Below, in pieces: positions 39,287 to 50,235 of a DNA stretch of 64,000 nt. The position numbers and the translations under genes are program-made. The notes under the pieces were generated by a model. The model saw nothing but the letters and a program-made list of their open reading frames with translations, was not told the origin of the DNA and searched no databases. Position 1 is the first letter of the stretch, and every line of letters starts with the position of its first letter. The stretch is from Acidobacteriota bacterium (GTDB taxonomy: Bacteria; Acidobacteriota; UBA6911). The stretch spans positions 5,216,001-5,280,000 of the forward strand of contig OY761556.1 of the NCBI GenBank assembly GCA_963664705.1, in the 5' to 3' direction.

Positions 39287-39881
39287 TTTCGGCCACTACC
39301 CGGTATTCCGGCTCCGGGCGGCCCATATTGTGCAAATGTTCCTGGAGCGCGGATTTGAAATCGCCGTAGGTCAACTGCTTCAGATCCAGTCCATTCAGGA
39401 ATTCCTCAATCTGCCGGTAGACAAAGTCCGAAACCGCATGAACGCCGCCATCCAGGTACATGGCGCCGATAATGGCTTCATAAGCATCGACGACAATGGC
39501 GCGTTTCGTTCGGCCGCCGGTTTTTTCCTCGCCACGGCTCAGGCGGATATAGTCTCCGAGATGAATCCCTTCGGCAAAAAGTACAAGGTTTGCGGCGCTG
39601 ACCAGGTAAGCCTTGATTTTGCTGAGTTCTCCTTCGGTTAATTCCGGATAATGCTGAAAGATCCGCGAGCTTACAATGAAGCCGAGAACGGCATCTCCCA
39701 GGAATTCCAGTGATTCGTTATTGCGCAGCTTCTCCCCTTCGTGCTCATTCACAAAGGAGCGGTGCGTCAGAGCCTGTGCAAGCAATTGCTGATTACCAAA
39801 TCTATATCCCAGAAGACTTTCCAATTCCTGCAATGATTTCTGCGGAACTGAATCTCCTGCAGGATTCTCATTCATACCCAC
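39135..39881 (-). CDS. rnc: Ribonuclease III
   Basis: ALTHRS, NESLEFLGDAVL, DAYEAIIGA, dsRBD (FKSALQE, GPDH, KKEAQQ.AA). Confidence 0.97.
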   Translation of the reverse strand: MGMNENPAGDSVPQKSLQELESLLGYRFGNQQLLAQALTHRSFVNEHEGEKLRNNESLEFLGDAVLGFIVSSRIFQHYPELTEGELSKIKAYLVSAANLVLFAEGIHLGDYIRLSRGEEKTGGRTKRAIVVDAYEAIIGAMYLDGGVHAVSDFVYRQIEEFLNGLDLKQLTYGDFKSALQEHLHNMGRPEPEYRVVAEIGPDHRKTFVVQVLIHGDIIAESSGKTKKEAQQSAARLALESLPAAKSQE

Positions 39882-39978
39882 ACCTCACCGGAAGCCCGAA
39901 TCAACATAAGCATACGTCTCCATAATTTCCAGAACAATCTTTAATGGAAGGCTTTGGCGGAAGTACCGGGGAGCCGTT

Positions 39979-41004
39979 TTAATTCCTTAATTTTCTAAAA
40001 TGGTCCCAGCCGGAGCGTGGAAGTGGACCCAGGCGTTCTCCATTGGGCGCTGCCATCCATATCTTTTCCTTTTCAGCGATCAGCCGCCCTATGCAGGTGA
40101 TCGGGGAGAATTTTGCAGGATACGTTTTCTCGAGCCTGGATCTGTTGGAAGCCGGCACAACGAACAGCAATTCATAATCCTCTCCGCCATGCAGCGCAAG
40201 CTGCACTGGATCACAGCCCCATGAAGCGGATTCCCGGAAAAACGGGAGGTCCGTCATGACGATCTCAGCGCCGACGCCGCTGGCCGCACAGATGCGCGGG
40301 AGGTCTGAAGAGAGTCCGTCGCTTAAATCCATCATGCTGCTTACCAGCCCGGACTGCGAAAGCCAAAGCCCGGCCTCGCACCGTGGGTCCGGATCGCGGT
40401 GGGCACGCAGCGCTTCCAAACGATGACGTCCCCGTATATTCCTGCCCTGACTTTTCTGAAGCAGCGCTAATCCTGCGGCAGAACGGCCAAGAATGCCCGT
40501 CACATAGACGAGATCCCCGGGTTTTCCGCCGGAACGATACACCACCTTTCGCTTGTGTGACTCCCCGAAGGCCGTTACGGATATCGCAAGGTGCGCTTTC
40601 ACGCCCGATAGATCCCCGCCGATCAGATCTGCTCCATACGTCTTCGCTTTTTCCGTCAGTCCGTCGTGGAAATCCATGATCCAGCGCTCAGGGATATCGG
40701 GAGTAACGGCCAGTGAAACAGTGTAGAACCTGGGGATGGCTCCCATGGCCGCAAGATCACTCAGGTTGACCGCCATTGACTTTCTGCCCAACAATCGAGC
40801 GCTGGTCCAGTCGCGGCGAAAGTCGATCTCTTCCACCAGCATGTCCGTTGTGATCAGCCAGTATTCCGTTGCACCACGCGGAAGAATTACGGCCGCGTCA
40901 TCTCCAATCCCTTTTTTAATCAGCGGGTTTTTCGCAGAATAGCGCTGCTGCAACAGGCGGACGAGTCGGTCTTCACTGGCAGGTCTCGCCTTTTTGGTGG
41001 CCAT
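39979..41004 (-). CDS. thiL: Thiamine-phosphate kinase
   Basis: GIGDDAA, NLSDLAAMGA, GGD, MDLSDGL, GGEDYELL. Start taken at 41004. Confidence 0.95.
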   Translation of the reverse strand: MATKKARPASEDRLVRLLQQRYSAKNPLIKKGIGDDAAVILPRGATEYWLITTDMLVEEIDFRRDWTSARLLGRKSMAVNLSDLAAMGAIPRFYTVSLAVTPDIPERWIMDFHDGLTEKAKTYGADLIGGDLSGVKAHLAISVTAFGESHKRKVVYRSGGKPGDLVYVTGILGRSAAGLALLQKSQGRNIRGRHRLEALRAHRDPDPRCEAGLWLSQSGLVSSMMDLSDGLSSDLPRICAASGVGAEIVMTDLPFFRESASWGCDPVQLALHGGEDYELLFVVPASNRSRLEKTYPAKFSPITCIGRLIAEKEKIWMAAPNGERLGPLPRSGWDHFRKLRN

Positions 41005-41022
41005 AGGGGGAACGTTTCCTAA

Positions 41023-41040
41023 GGGAGCGCCGGCGCTCCC
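41023..41040. repeat. REP-like perfect 18-bp palindrome
   Basis: GGGAGCGCCGGCGCTCCC between lon and thiL. Confidence 0.65.
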
Positions 41041-41069
41041 GGTCATTTCGCTTGCAAACCGTGATTCTA

Positions 41070-43451
41070 TCACGCAAGGGCATGCCGCAGTACATCGGTC
41101 ACCTTATCAACCAGGATAACCTCCATTTCCTTTCTTAGCTGCCTGGGTATTTCCTGAAGATCCCTTCTGTTAAAACGTGGAATCATAATGGTGTGGACTT
41201 GCCCGCGATGTGCGGCAAGGATTTTCTCTTTGATGCCTCCAACCGGCAAAACATCCCCCCGCAGAGTGATTTCGCCTGTCATCGCCATATCCCTGTGAAT
41301 CGCCCTTCCCGTGCATGCCGATATCAGCGCAGACACGAGGGTAATCCCCGCGGACGGGCCGTCTTTGGGAATGGCTCCTTCCGGCATATGGATATGGAAA
41401 TCGTGGCAGGCAAAGAACTCATCGGAGATCCCGTATTTCGCTGCATGAGCCCTTGCATAGCTCAAAGCGGCATACGCGGATTCCTTCATGACATCTCCCA
41501 TCTGGCCGGTCAGGATCAGGCTACCCTTGCCATTCATAGCCTGCGCTTCCACAAACAGGACTTCCCCTCCAACCGGAGTCCATGCCAGTCCTGTTGCGAT
41601 GCCGATCTGATCGTGATGCAGACGCTCTTCCTGGATATTTCTCGACGGCCCGAGATAACTTCGAACTTGCCTGGAGCTGATCTGAACAGGATTCTTCTTT
41701 CCGGTGGCAACACGCATTGCAATCTTTCGGCAAATGGAAGCCACTTCCCTCTCCAGGTTCCGCAATCCCGCTTCACGGGTGTAGCCCTGAATAATGGACC
41801 GTAGCTCCCGGTCGGGAACGGCCATGTCCTCTTTCGTCAATCCATGCGCTTCCAACTGTTTGGGAATGATATGACGCTTGGCAATCTGGACTTTTTCATC
41901 CTCCGTATATCCGGTAAGAGGGATTATCTCCAGCCGGTCGCGGAAAGCCGGATGAATCGTGTCCAGAACATTTGCGGTTGTAATAAAAAGCACATGCGAC
42001 AAATCAAAAGGAACGCCGAGATAGTTGTCGCGGAAAGTGTGGTTCTGTTCCGGATCCAACACTTCAAGCAATGCGGATGATGGATCTCCGCGAAAATCGA
42101 ATCCAAGCTTATCTACCTCATCCATCATGAATACGGGGTTGTTTGTCTTTGCCTGGTGTAGCCCGTGAATGATCCGTCCGGGCATTGCCCCCACATAAGT
42201 GCGGCGATGTCCCCGTATTTCGGCTTCATCATGGACACCACCCAAACTAACGCGCACGAAAGATCGACCCAGTGATCGGGCAATAGATTTTCCCAGGGAA
42301 GTCTTTCCCGTACCGGGCGGGCCCACAAAACACAATATGGGTCCCTTGCTGTCTTTCTTTAGTTTGCGAACAGCCAGGTATTCAATAATTCTGGCTTTGA
42401 TCTTTTCCAGTCCGTAGTGATCATCATTAAGGATTTTGCGTGCCTTGCCGAGATTCAGGTTGTCTTCTGTGGAAACACTCCACGGCAATCCGACCATCCA
42501 GTCCAGGTACGTGCGGATCATGGCCGTTTCCGCCATTTCAGGCGACATATGCTCCAGGCGCCGCACCTGTCTGTCAAATTCCTCGCGGGCTTCTAAAGGC
42601 AGATTCGCTTTATCCGCTCGTGCTACATAGTTCTGCAACTCCTCGGATAAATCTCCCCCTTCTCCCAGTTCGCTTTGAATGACTTTGAGCTGCTGCCGAA
42701 GGAAAAATTCCCGTTGTCCTTTGTCGATTTCATCCTTTGCCTGCGTGTTGATCTGCTGCTGGACGGTCAGCAGCTCGATCTCACGCATCAGGAACTCATG
42801 GATCCGTCGCAGGCGCTTTGAAGGATCCAGGATCGAAAGGATCTCCTGGGCTTCTTCTACTCTGAGCGAAAGATTGTTTGCTACAAGATCCGCAAGTCGT
42901 CCCGGATCATCCAGGTTGCCGGCAATGACTATGGCCTCCTGGGAAATGCCTTTGCCCAAAGCCGCCACTTTCTCGAAAGAGGTGGAGACATTTCTCATCA
43001 GTGCTTCCAGCCGGACGCCGGATATTTCCCGATCGCGCTCATCGAGAACCTGAATGCGCGCCTGCATATAGGGAAGATCGTCATTCCAACTCTGAATCTG
43101 CGCTCGAGCGATCCCCTGAACCAGAATCCGGATCTTGTCGTCGGGCATTTTGAGTTTTCGGATTACCGACCCTACGGTTCCGATATTATACATATCCTGC
43201 GGAACAGGGGTTTCTCCGGCCTGGTCCCGCTGAGTTACCAGAAGCACAATCCGATTATTGGTAAGTGCATAATCCAGGGCGCGAATACCCTTTTCCGTCG
43301 AAACCAGCAGCGGGACAATTGTATAGGGATACGTGACAACATCAGGAAGAGGCAAGACGGGCAGGAGCAACGGTATTTCGATCGTTTCCTCGTGGATTAC
43401 ATCTTCTTTTTCTTTCGGAAACCCTTTCTGATTCAATTCCGCAGCTGACAT
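41070..43451 (-). CDS. lon: Lon protease
   Basis: [48 protein letters not shown] before the ATG at 43451. Confidence 0.97.
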   Translation of the reverse strand: MSAAELNQKGFPKEKEDVIHEETIEIPLLLPVLPLPDVVTYPYTIVPLLVSTEKGIRALDYALTNNRIVLLVTQRDQAGETPVPQDMYNIGTVGSVIRKLKMPDDKIRILVQGIARAQIQSWNDDLPYMQARIQVLDERDREISGVRLEALMRNVSTSFEKVAALGKGISQEAIVIAGNLDDPGRLADLVANNLSLRVEEAQEILSILDPSKRLRRIHEFLMREIELLTVQQQINTQAKDEIDKGQREFFLRQQLKVIQSELGEGGDLSEELQNYVARADKANLPLEAREEFDRQVRRLEHMSPEMAETAMIRTYLDWMVGLPWSVSTEDNLNLGKARKILNDDHYGLEKIKARIIEYLAVRKLKKDSKGPILCFVGPPGTGKTSLGKSIARSLGRSFVRVSLGGVHDEAEIRGHRRTYVGAMPGRIIHGLHQAKTNNPVFMMDEVDKLGFDFRGDPSSALLEVLDPEQNHTFRDNYLGVPFDLSHVLFITTANVLDTIHPAFRDRLEIIPLTGYTEDEKVQIAKRHIIPKQLEAHGLTKEDMAVPDRELRSIIQGYTREAGLRNLEREVASICRKIAMRVATGKKNPVQISSRQVRSYLGPSRNIQEERLHHDQIGIATGLAWTPVGGEVLFVEAQAMNGKGSLILTGQMGDVMKESAYAALSYARAHAAKYGISDEFFACHDFHIHMPEGAIPKDGPSAGITLVSALISACTGRAIHRDMAMTGEITLRGDVLPVGGIKEKILAAHRGQVHTIMIPRFNRRDLQEIPRQLRKEMEVILVDKVTDVLRHALA

Positions 43452-43667
43452 TATTGCCCTCCCTTCGACTCGATCATTGAACAACAAATGGTCGAACCAT
43501 TCACGATTCACGGATGCATCCGCATCATCGAGGATCGGCAGATTGTCAAATGGGGGCCACGGGCTGCTGCGAAGGATTCCTGGTGGTCTGAGACCCTTCT
43601 ACCCGTCCGAGACTATTGATTCCGATTCCGGGCAGCCAACAAAGTTTCAAAACAATTTAATGGATGG

Positions 43668-44123
43668 TTACTTCTTCGCGAAGAGTTCGTTGATTTCCGT
43701 CATGAATTCGCTGACATCTTCAAATTCAAGGTAGACGGAAGCAAACCGCAGGTAAGCGACTTTGTCGATTCGTTTGATTTCAGAAAGCAGTATCTTTCCG
43801 ATGTTTACCGATTCCAGCTCTCTCTCAGGGCTTTCCTGCACTGTTTGCTCAACTTTGTCGACGATCTTTTCAAGTTGCAGCAGGCTGACCGGTCTTTTTT
43901 CGCAGGCCTTCAGTAAACCGTTCAGGATCTTATTTCGATCGAACCGCTCTCTTCCCCCATCCTTCTTCACCACCATGTAGGGGATTTCATCACTCCGCTC
44001 ATAGCTGGTGAAACGACGGCCACAATTCAAGCATTGCCGCCGCCGCCGGATAGAATCTCCATCGCGGCTTTCGCGGGAATCAACAACGCGGTCTTTGAGG
44101 AATCCGCAATATGGGCACTTCAT
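43668..44123 (-). CDS. nrdR: Transcriptional repressor NrdR
   Basis: MKCPYC, DSR, RRRRQC..C..RFTSYE, ATP-cone, VAYLRFASVY. Confidence 0.97.
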   Translation of the reverse strand: MKCPYCGFLKDRVVDSRESRDGDSIRRRRQCLNCGRRFTSYERSDEIPYMVVKKDGGRERFDRNKILNGLLKACEKRPVSLLQLEKIVDKVEQTVQESPERELESVNIGKILLSEIKRIDKVAYLRFASVYLEFEDVSEFMTEINELFAKK

Positions 44124-44197
44124 GGCGCCGGTTTCATGCTCCGAAGCATCAGAAATGTCTAATTTCAACCGTGCATAGAATGGCACAACTTGTGGGA

Positions 44198-44280
44198 AAG
44201 AAGCAAGAAGCAAGGAGGAAGGAGGATCCTTGCTCCTTGCGCCTTGCTTCTTATTCTTGCCTCCTGTCTTCTTGCTTCTT
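44198..44280. repeat. Inverted pair of heptamer arrays
   Basis: aagaagc-aagaagc-aaggagg-aaggagg followed by ccttgct-ccttgcg-ccttgct-...-tcttgct. Confidence 0.75.
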
Positions 44281-44320
44281 TCCCACGCTGTGCGTATGCT
44301 AGCCCAAACGCATTATCATT

Positions 44321-44346
44321 GAACTTTCATCCAAGCGGTTTCGTTT
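44321..44346 (+). promoter_or_regulatory. Putative ECF-type (autoregulatory) promoter
   Basis: GAAC-N17-CGTT upstream of the ECF gene, matching the common AAC/CGT ECF pattern. Confidence 0.5.
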
Positions 44347-44384
44347 GTATGGTTGGGAACAGGATAGATACCAAGGAGCCACGG

Positions 44385-44963
44385 GTGCTCTCAGGCGACG
44401 ACAAACTTGTAGAGCGCTGTCTTCAAGGAGATGACTCCGCATGGGAAATGCTCGTAAACTCCTATGGGAAGCGCATTTACAACCTGGGCTACAGGTATAC
44501 AAACCGGCGGGACGAAGCGGAAGACCTGACTCAGGATATCCTGATCCGTGTGTATCAGAATCTGAAGAGTTACCGTGCAGAATCGGGGAGTTTTCAAAAC
44601 TGGATTCTGCGCGTGGCCCGGAACCTGGTGATCGACCATTACCGGCAGGTTCGTCGATTCCCACAGGCAGGGGGCAGCGAGGAGTTGGAAACCATGAATA
44701 TTCAGGATGACAAGGCTCCAAATCCGCAAAGAGCTGCTGAACAACTGGAGGCTTCCGCCTTTCTGCAAAGCGGACTCCAGTCTCTGTCTCCAGAACTCAA
44801 AGAAGCAATTGTACTTAGAGATTTGGAAGGGATGGCGTACAGCGATATGGCCGACATGCTGAATGTTCCGGAAGGTACGGTGAAAAGCCGAATCAACCGC
44901 GGGCGGCTGGAGCTGGCCAAACTTCTGGTAAAGCGACGTTCCCAGCTTGGGATGAAGGCGTAA
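44385..44963 (+). CDS. ECF RNA polymerase sigma factor
   Basis: AEDLTQD, F.NWI.RVARN..IDH.R, GTVKSRINRGR. GTG start after AAGGAG (alternative ATG at 44349). Confidence 0.93.
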   Translation: MLSGDDKLVERCLQGDDSAWEMLVNSYGKRIYNLGYRYTNRRDEAEDLTQDILIRVYQNLKSYRAESGSFQNWILRVARNLVIDHYRQVRRFPQAGGSEELETMNIQDDKAPNPQRAAEQLEASAFLQSGLQSLSPELKEAIVLRDLEGMAYSDMADMLNVPEGTVKSRINRGRLELAKLLVKRRSQLGMKA

Positions 44964-44975
44964 AGGGGGGAGCTC

Positions 44976-45605
44976 ATGGAATGTTCACGAATTGAGCTAT
45001 GGTTAAGCGAATACCTTGAATCCAGCCTTCCTGCCGAAGAAACGGAACATGTAACGAATCACCTGAAGAATTGTTCTGCCTGTTCCGCCCTTCTGACCGA
45101 GATGCGAACGGTCCTGTCTCTTTGCGACAACTATCCGGTGCTGGAGCTGGAGCCTGATTTTGTCGAACGGATTCTTCTCAGAACCTCCGGACGCCCGCGG
45201 ACGCGGTCTTTCCGGGAAAGGCTGACGCAGTATTTCGTTCGACCGCTTCTCACTCCAAAGTTTGCAGTCGGAGCCAGTCTCGCAACCTTATTCCTGGTGC
45301 TCATGGTTCCCAGGCTTCCCGCGTTCTTCTCGGCTTTATCTCCACAAGCCATGCTGCGCCTGCTTGACCGCGGTGTCAGCGGGCTCTATGGCGAAGGGTT
45401 GAAGGCCTATGAAGCGAAGAACGAATGGCAGGCGCAGTTCAATCGCATCAAGAACAATACCTGGAATAGCTTGCGATCCGTAATGGAACAGATGGATGGC
45501 CCGGTTGAAGGGCGAAAAAAACAGAATGACGAAGCCCCGCGAAAGGAAAATGCTCCCAAGGAAAAGAGCAGCGGCGTGCTGACGTCCACTTCGTCTCCGG
45601 CTTGA
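44976..45605 (+). CDS. Zinc-binding (ZAS/zf-HC2) anti-sigma factor
   Basis: MEC....LSEYL, HLKNCSAC (HxxxCxxC), one TM. Lies directly after the ECF gene. Confidence 0.88.
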   Translation: MECSRIELWLSEYLESSLPAEETEHVTNHLKNCSACSALLTEMRTVLSLCDNYPVLELEPDFVERILLRTSGRPRTRSFRERLTQYFVRPLLTPKFAVGASLATLFLVLMVPRLPAFFSALSPQAMLRLLDRGVSGLYGEGLKAYEAKNEWQAQFNRIKNNTWNSLRSVMEQMDGPVEGRKKQNDEAPRKENAPKEKSSGVLTSTSSPA

Positions 45606-45677
45606 GCCGGACTGCTGCGACGGGAAAGAACGATTGATACGAATCCGATGGTTTGAAGCGGATGTGAGGATATCGAT

Positions 45678-46322
45678 ATGAAATGCTCCTACCACCCTGC
45701 CGTTGAAGCTCAGGACACATGCCACGCATGCAAAAAGCTGATGTGCCCGGATTGCACTCACAAGGTCAAGGGAAAGTCTTATTGCCAGGACTGCCTCGCC
45801 GAGGGCGCAGAATGGGCCGCGACGGTGAAAGGGCTTAAGCTGCCGTCCGACGCCCCGAAGCGTGCCGCCTGGTGTGCCGTCATCCCAGGGATGGGGGCGG
45901 TTTACAACAATGAATACACAAAAGCGATTACCTTCTTTGCGGTCTGGGCCGCCATGATGGTAATGGGCGATAGGGTCAACGGGATTTTCGGATTTGGCGC
46001 CTTTGTTTTCATAATTTTCACAATTTTTGATGCCTACCGGACCGCCGAAGCCCTGGCTCGCCATCGGTTGCAATCCGGAGTACTCACGGATGCGCCTCCG
46101 CAACAGGATAGGACTATTATCGGATGGGGTGTTTTCCTGATCATCCTGGGCGTGATCTTCCTTCTGCAGAACATCATCCCCTACTACCTGTTTGTGAACA
46201 GGTTGTGGCCGCTTGTATTTGTCCTGCTTGGCGCCTACCTTGTCTACCGCGCTATTCAAAACCGGAACAAACAGTCGGGGAATGCCCCGACTCCGCCGTC
46301 CTTGCCAAAGGAGGGTGCATAA
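45678..46322 (+). CDS. B-box-like zinc finger plus LiaI/LiaF-like membrane protein
   Basis: CSYHP..C..C..C..C..YC..C, IPGMGAVYN, G..LI.LG..FLL.N...WP..L..LG TM module. Confidence 0.8.
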   Translation: MKCSYHPAVEAQDTCHACKKLMCPDCTHKVKGKSYCQDCLAEGAEWAATVKGLKLPSDAPKRAAWCAVIPGMGAVYNNEYTKAITFFAVWAAMMVMGDRVNGIFGFGAFVFIIFTIFDAYRTAEALARHRLQSGVLTDAPPQQDRTIIGWGVFLIILGVIFLLQNIIPYYLFVNRLWPLVFVLLGAYLVYRAIQNRNKQSGNAPTPPSLPKEGA

Positions 46323-46323
46323 C

Positions 46324-46548
46324 ATGTCTGCGCGTCCGATGGGTGGAGCACTCACTGCCGGCTTTATCCTGATAGTTCTAGGCGTCATTTTTCTGATTGA
46401 AAACTTCTATGCCCCTTTTTCAGCCTGGAGGCTGATCGCTCGTTACTGGCCTGTGGTCCTTATAATCATTGGTGTACGCAGAATTTACGACTACTTTGCC
46501 TGGCCGGAGATTCCTCCCGCGCCGGATTCCGCTGAGAAGAAGGAGTAA
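46324..46548 (+). CDS. Small LiaI/LiaF-like membrane protein
   Basis: G.ILI.LG..FL..N..YWP..LI.IG. GGAGG RBS before the ATG at 46324. Confidence 0.75.
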   Translation: MSARPMGGALTAGFILIVLGVIFLIENFYAPFSAWRLIARYWPVVLIIIGVRRIYDYFAWPEIPPAPDSAEKKE

Positions 46549-46551
46549 GCC

Positions 46552-48303
46552 ATGGCATACAAGCGTCGACCATCGCTACTGGGAGGACTGCTTTGGGCAA
46601 CCGTCGGGTTGCTTTTTCTTCTGCGAAATTTTGGGATCGGACCGGATGTATGGTCTGTTATCGGGCGTTTCTGGCCAGTCCTCCTTATCCTCCTTGGATT
46701 GGGAAAAATCATCGAATATTTCATGAAGAGAGACTCGGTGGCTATCCGGGTGGGAGAAATCATCGGGATTCTAATCCTGCTCCTTATCGGAACGGCTGTT
46801 TCCAGGGTATCGGAAAGCAGGAATTTTGCTCGACTCCTGCAGGAGATACCCGTGGAGGTCGGGGGGACACCCATGCGCCCGGGTCAATGGTTTGGCGATT
46901 CGCATACCTATTCGGAGGAAGTCGCCTATCCGCTTGAATCCTCCCTGCCAATCCGGGTTGAAAATGCCTATGGCCAGGTCACGATCACACCAGGCAGCGA
47001 TCGCGAAATCCGCGTGCGACTGCGAAAGGTCGTGTATGCGGATGAAGCACGCGCAAAGAGCTTCGCCGCCGAAATTCACCTCACGGGTGCAACGGAGAAT
47101 CGGGGCTCTTCCTCTGCCGAAGTTAAACCGGAAGCGGAACCCGGAAAAAAATCCGGGTCGGCGGTATTTGTTTTGCGCACTAATCGGGATTCCCTGTCCT
47201 CCCGGGATACAATGTTCAACACGGACATGGAACTCCTGGTTCCCAGGGACGCGCAAGTTCAGGTCGTCAACAGCTATGGAGAGGTTCGTGCCACCGGATT
47301 GAATGGGAAACTGGATCTGAGCACGACGCACCGTTCTCTTGAGGTTCGAGACTGCAGCGGACAATTCAACATCATGAGCCGCTATGCGGAATGCCGCCTC
47401 ACCAACCTGAAAGGCGACGTAACCGTCGATGGCCGCGGCAAAATCTACCTTGAAGACATCCGGGGCAATGTCACGGTAACCAATGAATACTCGCCTCTGG
47501 ATATCGCAAACATTGATGGCATCCTCAACGTTTCCGTCACGGAGGGGAACCTTAAAGTAGAAAAGGTGACAAAGCCTGTCGTGATTGATGCCAAGGGCGC
47601 GAAAGTGGAAGTCTCCGGGCTTCAGGACACTCTCAGGATAAAAAGCAGCCATCGAGACATCGAAATATCCGATGTAGCCGCCGCCGTTACCATTGAAAGC
47701 CGCTACAGCACCTTGAATCTTAAAAACGTAAAGGGAAGCGTCTCGATCAATTCGAATTCCGACAGTATTGAAGCCGATGATATCGGGGGTTCCTTTGTCA
47801 TGAAGGCGCGCGGAAGCGGAATACGGGCAGCCGGAGTCCGCGGTCCTCTGGATATTCAGACCACGCTGAAGGATGTTGTCGTCAATGATTTCGGCGACCA
47901 ATGCACGGTGAGGAATGAATACGCCGGTATCAGCGTCTCATCTCAGAAGCTCGGCAAAGGAGACCTGAACATTAAGAACCATAACGGCGATGTGGAATTG
48001 TATCTGCCGGAGGGAGCTTCTTTTTCCATCGATGCCATCGCCCGAAACGGCTCAGTCGAATCGGATTACGCCGGGCTCGCTCCGACAACAAGTGCAAATG
48101 TCGGCTCACTCAAAGCCCGTGTAAAAACAGGCAATCCGAAGATTACGCTGGAAACCGATTCAAGCGACATTCACGTCTATCGCACACGGGAAGATAAAGG
48201 GCATTCCTCCAATCAAGCGGAAGACGATGCCTTGCTTCCCGGCGGCATCCCGAATATTGCACTTATGTCGCCCATTCCGTATCCCTCGGGCAATGGGATC
48301 TGA
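46552..48303 (+). CDS. LiaF-like TM plus DUF4097-type beta-strand-repeat protein
   Basis: N-terminal WP-motif TM hairpin, then repeated G.v.v.. beta units and NG.V..D. Confidence 0.8.
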   Translation: MAYKRRPSLLGGLLWATVGLLFLLRNFGIGPDVWSVIGRFWPVLLILLGLGKIIEYFMKRDSVAIRVGEIIGILILLLIGTAVSRVSESRNFARLLQEIPVEVGGTPMRPGQWFGDSHTYSEEVAYPLESSLPIRVENAYGQVTITPGSDREIRVRLRKVVYADEARAKSFAAEIHLTGATENRGSSSAEVKPEAEPGKKSGSAVFVLRTNRDSLSSRDTMFNTDMELLVPRDAQVQVVNSYGEVRATGLNGKLDLSTTHRSLEVRDCSGQFNIMSRYAECRLTNLKGDVTVDGRGKIYLEDIRGNVTVTNEYSPLDIANIDGILNVSVTEGNLKVEKVTKPVVIDAKGAKVEVSGLQDTLRIKSSHRDIEISDVAAAVTIESRYSTLNLKNVKGSVSINSNSDSIEADDIGGSFVMKARGSGIRAAGVRGPLDIQTTLKDVVVNDFGDQCTVRNEYAGISVSSQKLGKGDLNIKNHNGDVELYLPEGASFSIDAIARNGSVESDYAGLAPTTSANVGSLKARVKTGNPKITLETDSSDIHVYRTREDKGHSSNQAEDDALLPGGIPNIALMSPIPYPSGNGI

Positions 48304-48323
48304 GGCCGACCAGGAGTCTCGCA

Positions 48324-49184
48324 ATGAAAAAACTGTCATGGGCCTTATGTTCGCTGCTGATATTATCCGGCTGCCGATTCGAGGATCGAATCCCCATCGA
48401 GATGACTTCGATGACCCGGACACAGCCTCTCGGAAACGAGAAATCGCTCGATTCGACCATCCGTTTTGATATCGGCTCTCTCGAGATTACCGGAGAAGAG
48501 AAAACCTCCTCACTCTATTCCCTGGATTTAGACTACGACAAGGCGAGCTTTACGCCGAATCTGGAATACAGCGCCGGGGGAGGGGGAGAAGGCCGGTTTA
48601 CCTTCGATTTGCACAGCATGCACAAGAGCGGCGTGCGCCGGGAACGCAAGAATAACAAGATGCGGCTTGCATTCAACGATTCTATTCCCCTGAGCCTCAA
48701 GGTGAATGCAGGAGTTGGGGATGCACGTCTCTCGCTATCAGGCATCAAGCTATCCCGCTTTGAATTCGAATCCGGCGTGGGCGGAGCCAAAATTTCCGCG
48801 TATGAACCCAATGCCGTTCCCTGCGAATACATCCGGCTGAAAAACGGGGTCGGCGGTTTTGAGGCCACCGGTCTCGGGAATCTGAATTTCAGAGAGTTCG
48901 AATTTGAAGGGGGAGTGGGTGGCGCGAACCTGGATTTCAGTGGGGAATGGAAGCAAAATGCCGACATCCGGATCCAGGTGGGCGTGGGCGGCGTAGACCT
49001 GCGCCTGCCCCGCGAGATCGGTGTGCGTGTTGAAGCGGAAAAGCACTTCCTAAGCGGACTGCACCTGGAAGAGTTTGACCAGCGCGATTCCTATTATTAC
49101 AGCAAGAACTATAATTCCGCGCAAATCAGGGTTTCGGTCAGAATCGATACGGGTATCGGCGGACTGAAAATCACCTGGCTCTAG
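48324..49184 (+). CDS. Lipoprotein with LiaF/DUF2154-like 'toast-rack' beta repeats
   Basis: Lipobox LSGC, repeated GVG.a.ldl units. Confidence 0.72.
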   Translation: MKKLSWALCSLLILSGCRFEDRIPIEMTSMTRTQPLGNEKSLDSTIRFDIGSLEITGEEKTSSLYSLDLDYDKASFTPNLEYSAGGGGEGRFTFDLHSMHKSGVRRERKNNKMRLAFNDSIPLSLKVNAGVGDARLSLSGIKLSRFEFESGVGGAKISAYEPNAVPCEYIRLKNGVGGFEATGLGNLNFREFEFEGGVGGANLDFSGEWKQNADIRIQVGVGGVDLRLPREIGVRVEAEKHFLSGLHLEEFDQRDSYYYSKNYNSAQIRVSVRIDTGIGGLKITWL

Positions 49185-49186
49185 CA

Positions 49187-49283
49187 ATTGACGAATTACG
49201 ATTGTGGGCTGACAATGAATGGTTGAGCGCATCAGGACTTGATATGCTTTTCAATCGTCAATCTACAATCGTAAACCGTCAAT
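49187..49283. repeat. Inverted pair of heptamer arrays
   Basis: attgacg-aattacg-attgtgg... followed by tcaatcg-tcaatct-acaatcg-taaaccg-tcaat. Confidence 0.7.
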
Positions 49284-50214
49284 GAAACTATATGGCTGGC
49301 TGGGTTTACTGCTCCTCATTATCTCCGAGTATTGCCTTCTCCACCGCATTGAGCCATTCGTCACCTGGTTTTATTGTTTTGCCTGGTGGTCCTATATTCT
49401 GCTTGCCGACAATCTCGTCCTGAAACTCCGAGGCTGGTCCCTTCTTCATGACAGGCAACGCGAATTCTGGTCCATGCTCCCAATTTCCGTCTTTATATGG
49501 CTTCTTTTCGAAGCCTACAATTTCGTTATCAGGAATTGGGCTTATACCATCGTCCCGCTGCAAATCTGGCAGCGCTGGGCCGGTTATGTGGTTGCCTTTT
49601 CGACGGTGCTTCCCGGAATTTTTATCACGGCCGACCTCGTGCAAATGCTGTTCAGGCGCTCGCCTACGGTTCAAACCTCCGGTTGCGAGCAAATACCCGC
49701 TCAGCCATCGACAAAACCTTCACTCCTGTTTTTTGTCCTGGGGCTTATTCTCACGATCGCCCCGCTGATTTTGCCGCGATACTTTTTCCCGGCCGTGTGG
49801 ATTGGACCCATTCTACTCCTCGATCCGATTCTGGAAAAAACCGGAGTTCAAAGCTTGTCGTTGGGCATCCATTTTGGAGACAGGACAAGGGTGTACAGTC
49901 TGCTGCTCGGAGGTTTTTTTTGCGGGATCCTGTGGGAATTCTGGAATTTCTGGGCCGGATCCCGTTGGACATACACCGTTCCGTTCTTTGGGCATCTGCG
50001 TCTATTTGAAATGCCGGTGTTGGGATTCCTGGGATTTCCGCCTTTTGCCTTGGAATGCTGGGTTCTATACCATCTCCTCCGGTCGATGGAACGGCATATG
50101 AATTCAAGAATTGCCCATATCGTATGGTGGATAGCTTTGGGGATTGTGTCGATAATAATAATGCGTGGGATGGACTCGCGCACAGTAATGCATTTTGAAC
50201 CGGTACGGTATTAA
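49282..50214 (+). CDS. Hypothetical multi-pass membrane protein
   Basis: Many TM helices, an internally repeated W..FE..N...W.Y motif, FEMP.LG.LGF.PF. Confidence 0.8.
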   Translation: MKLYGWLGLLLLIISEYCLLHRIEPFVTWFYCFAWWSYILLADNLVLKLRGWSLLHDRQREFWSMLPISVFIWLLFEAYNFVIRNWAYTIVPLQIWQRWAGYVVAFSTVLPGIFITADLVQMLFRRSPTVQTSGCEQIPAQPSTKPSLLFFVLGLILTIAPLILPRYFFPAVWIGPILLLDPILEKTGVQSLSLGIHFGDRTRVYSLLLGGFFCGILWEFWNFWAGSRWTYTVPFFGHLRLFEMPVLGFLGFPPFALECWVLYHLLRSMERHMNSRIAHIVWWIALGIVSIIIMRGMDSRTVMHFEPVRY

Positions 50215-50235
50215 TCCTCGACAGGGGGATGGAGC

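Noticed and set aside
44190-44348. N-terminal 'lipoprotein-like' extension of the ECF ORF
   Set aside because: It is the translation of the heptamer array (LLASCLL), upstream of the RBS-supported start
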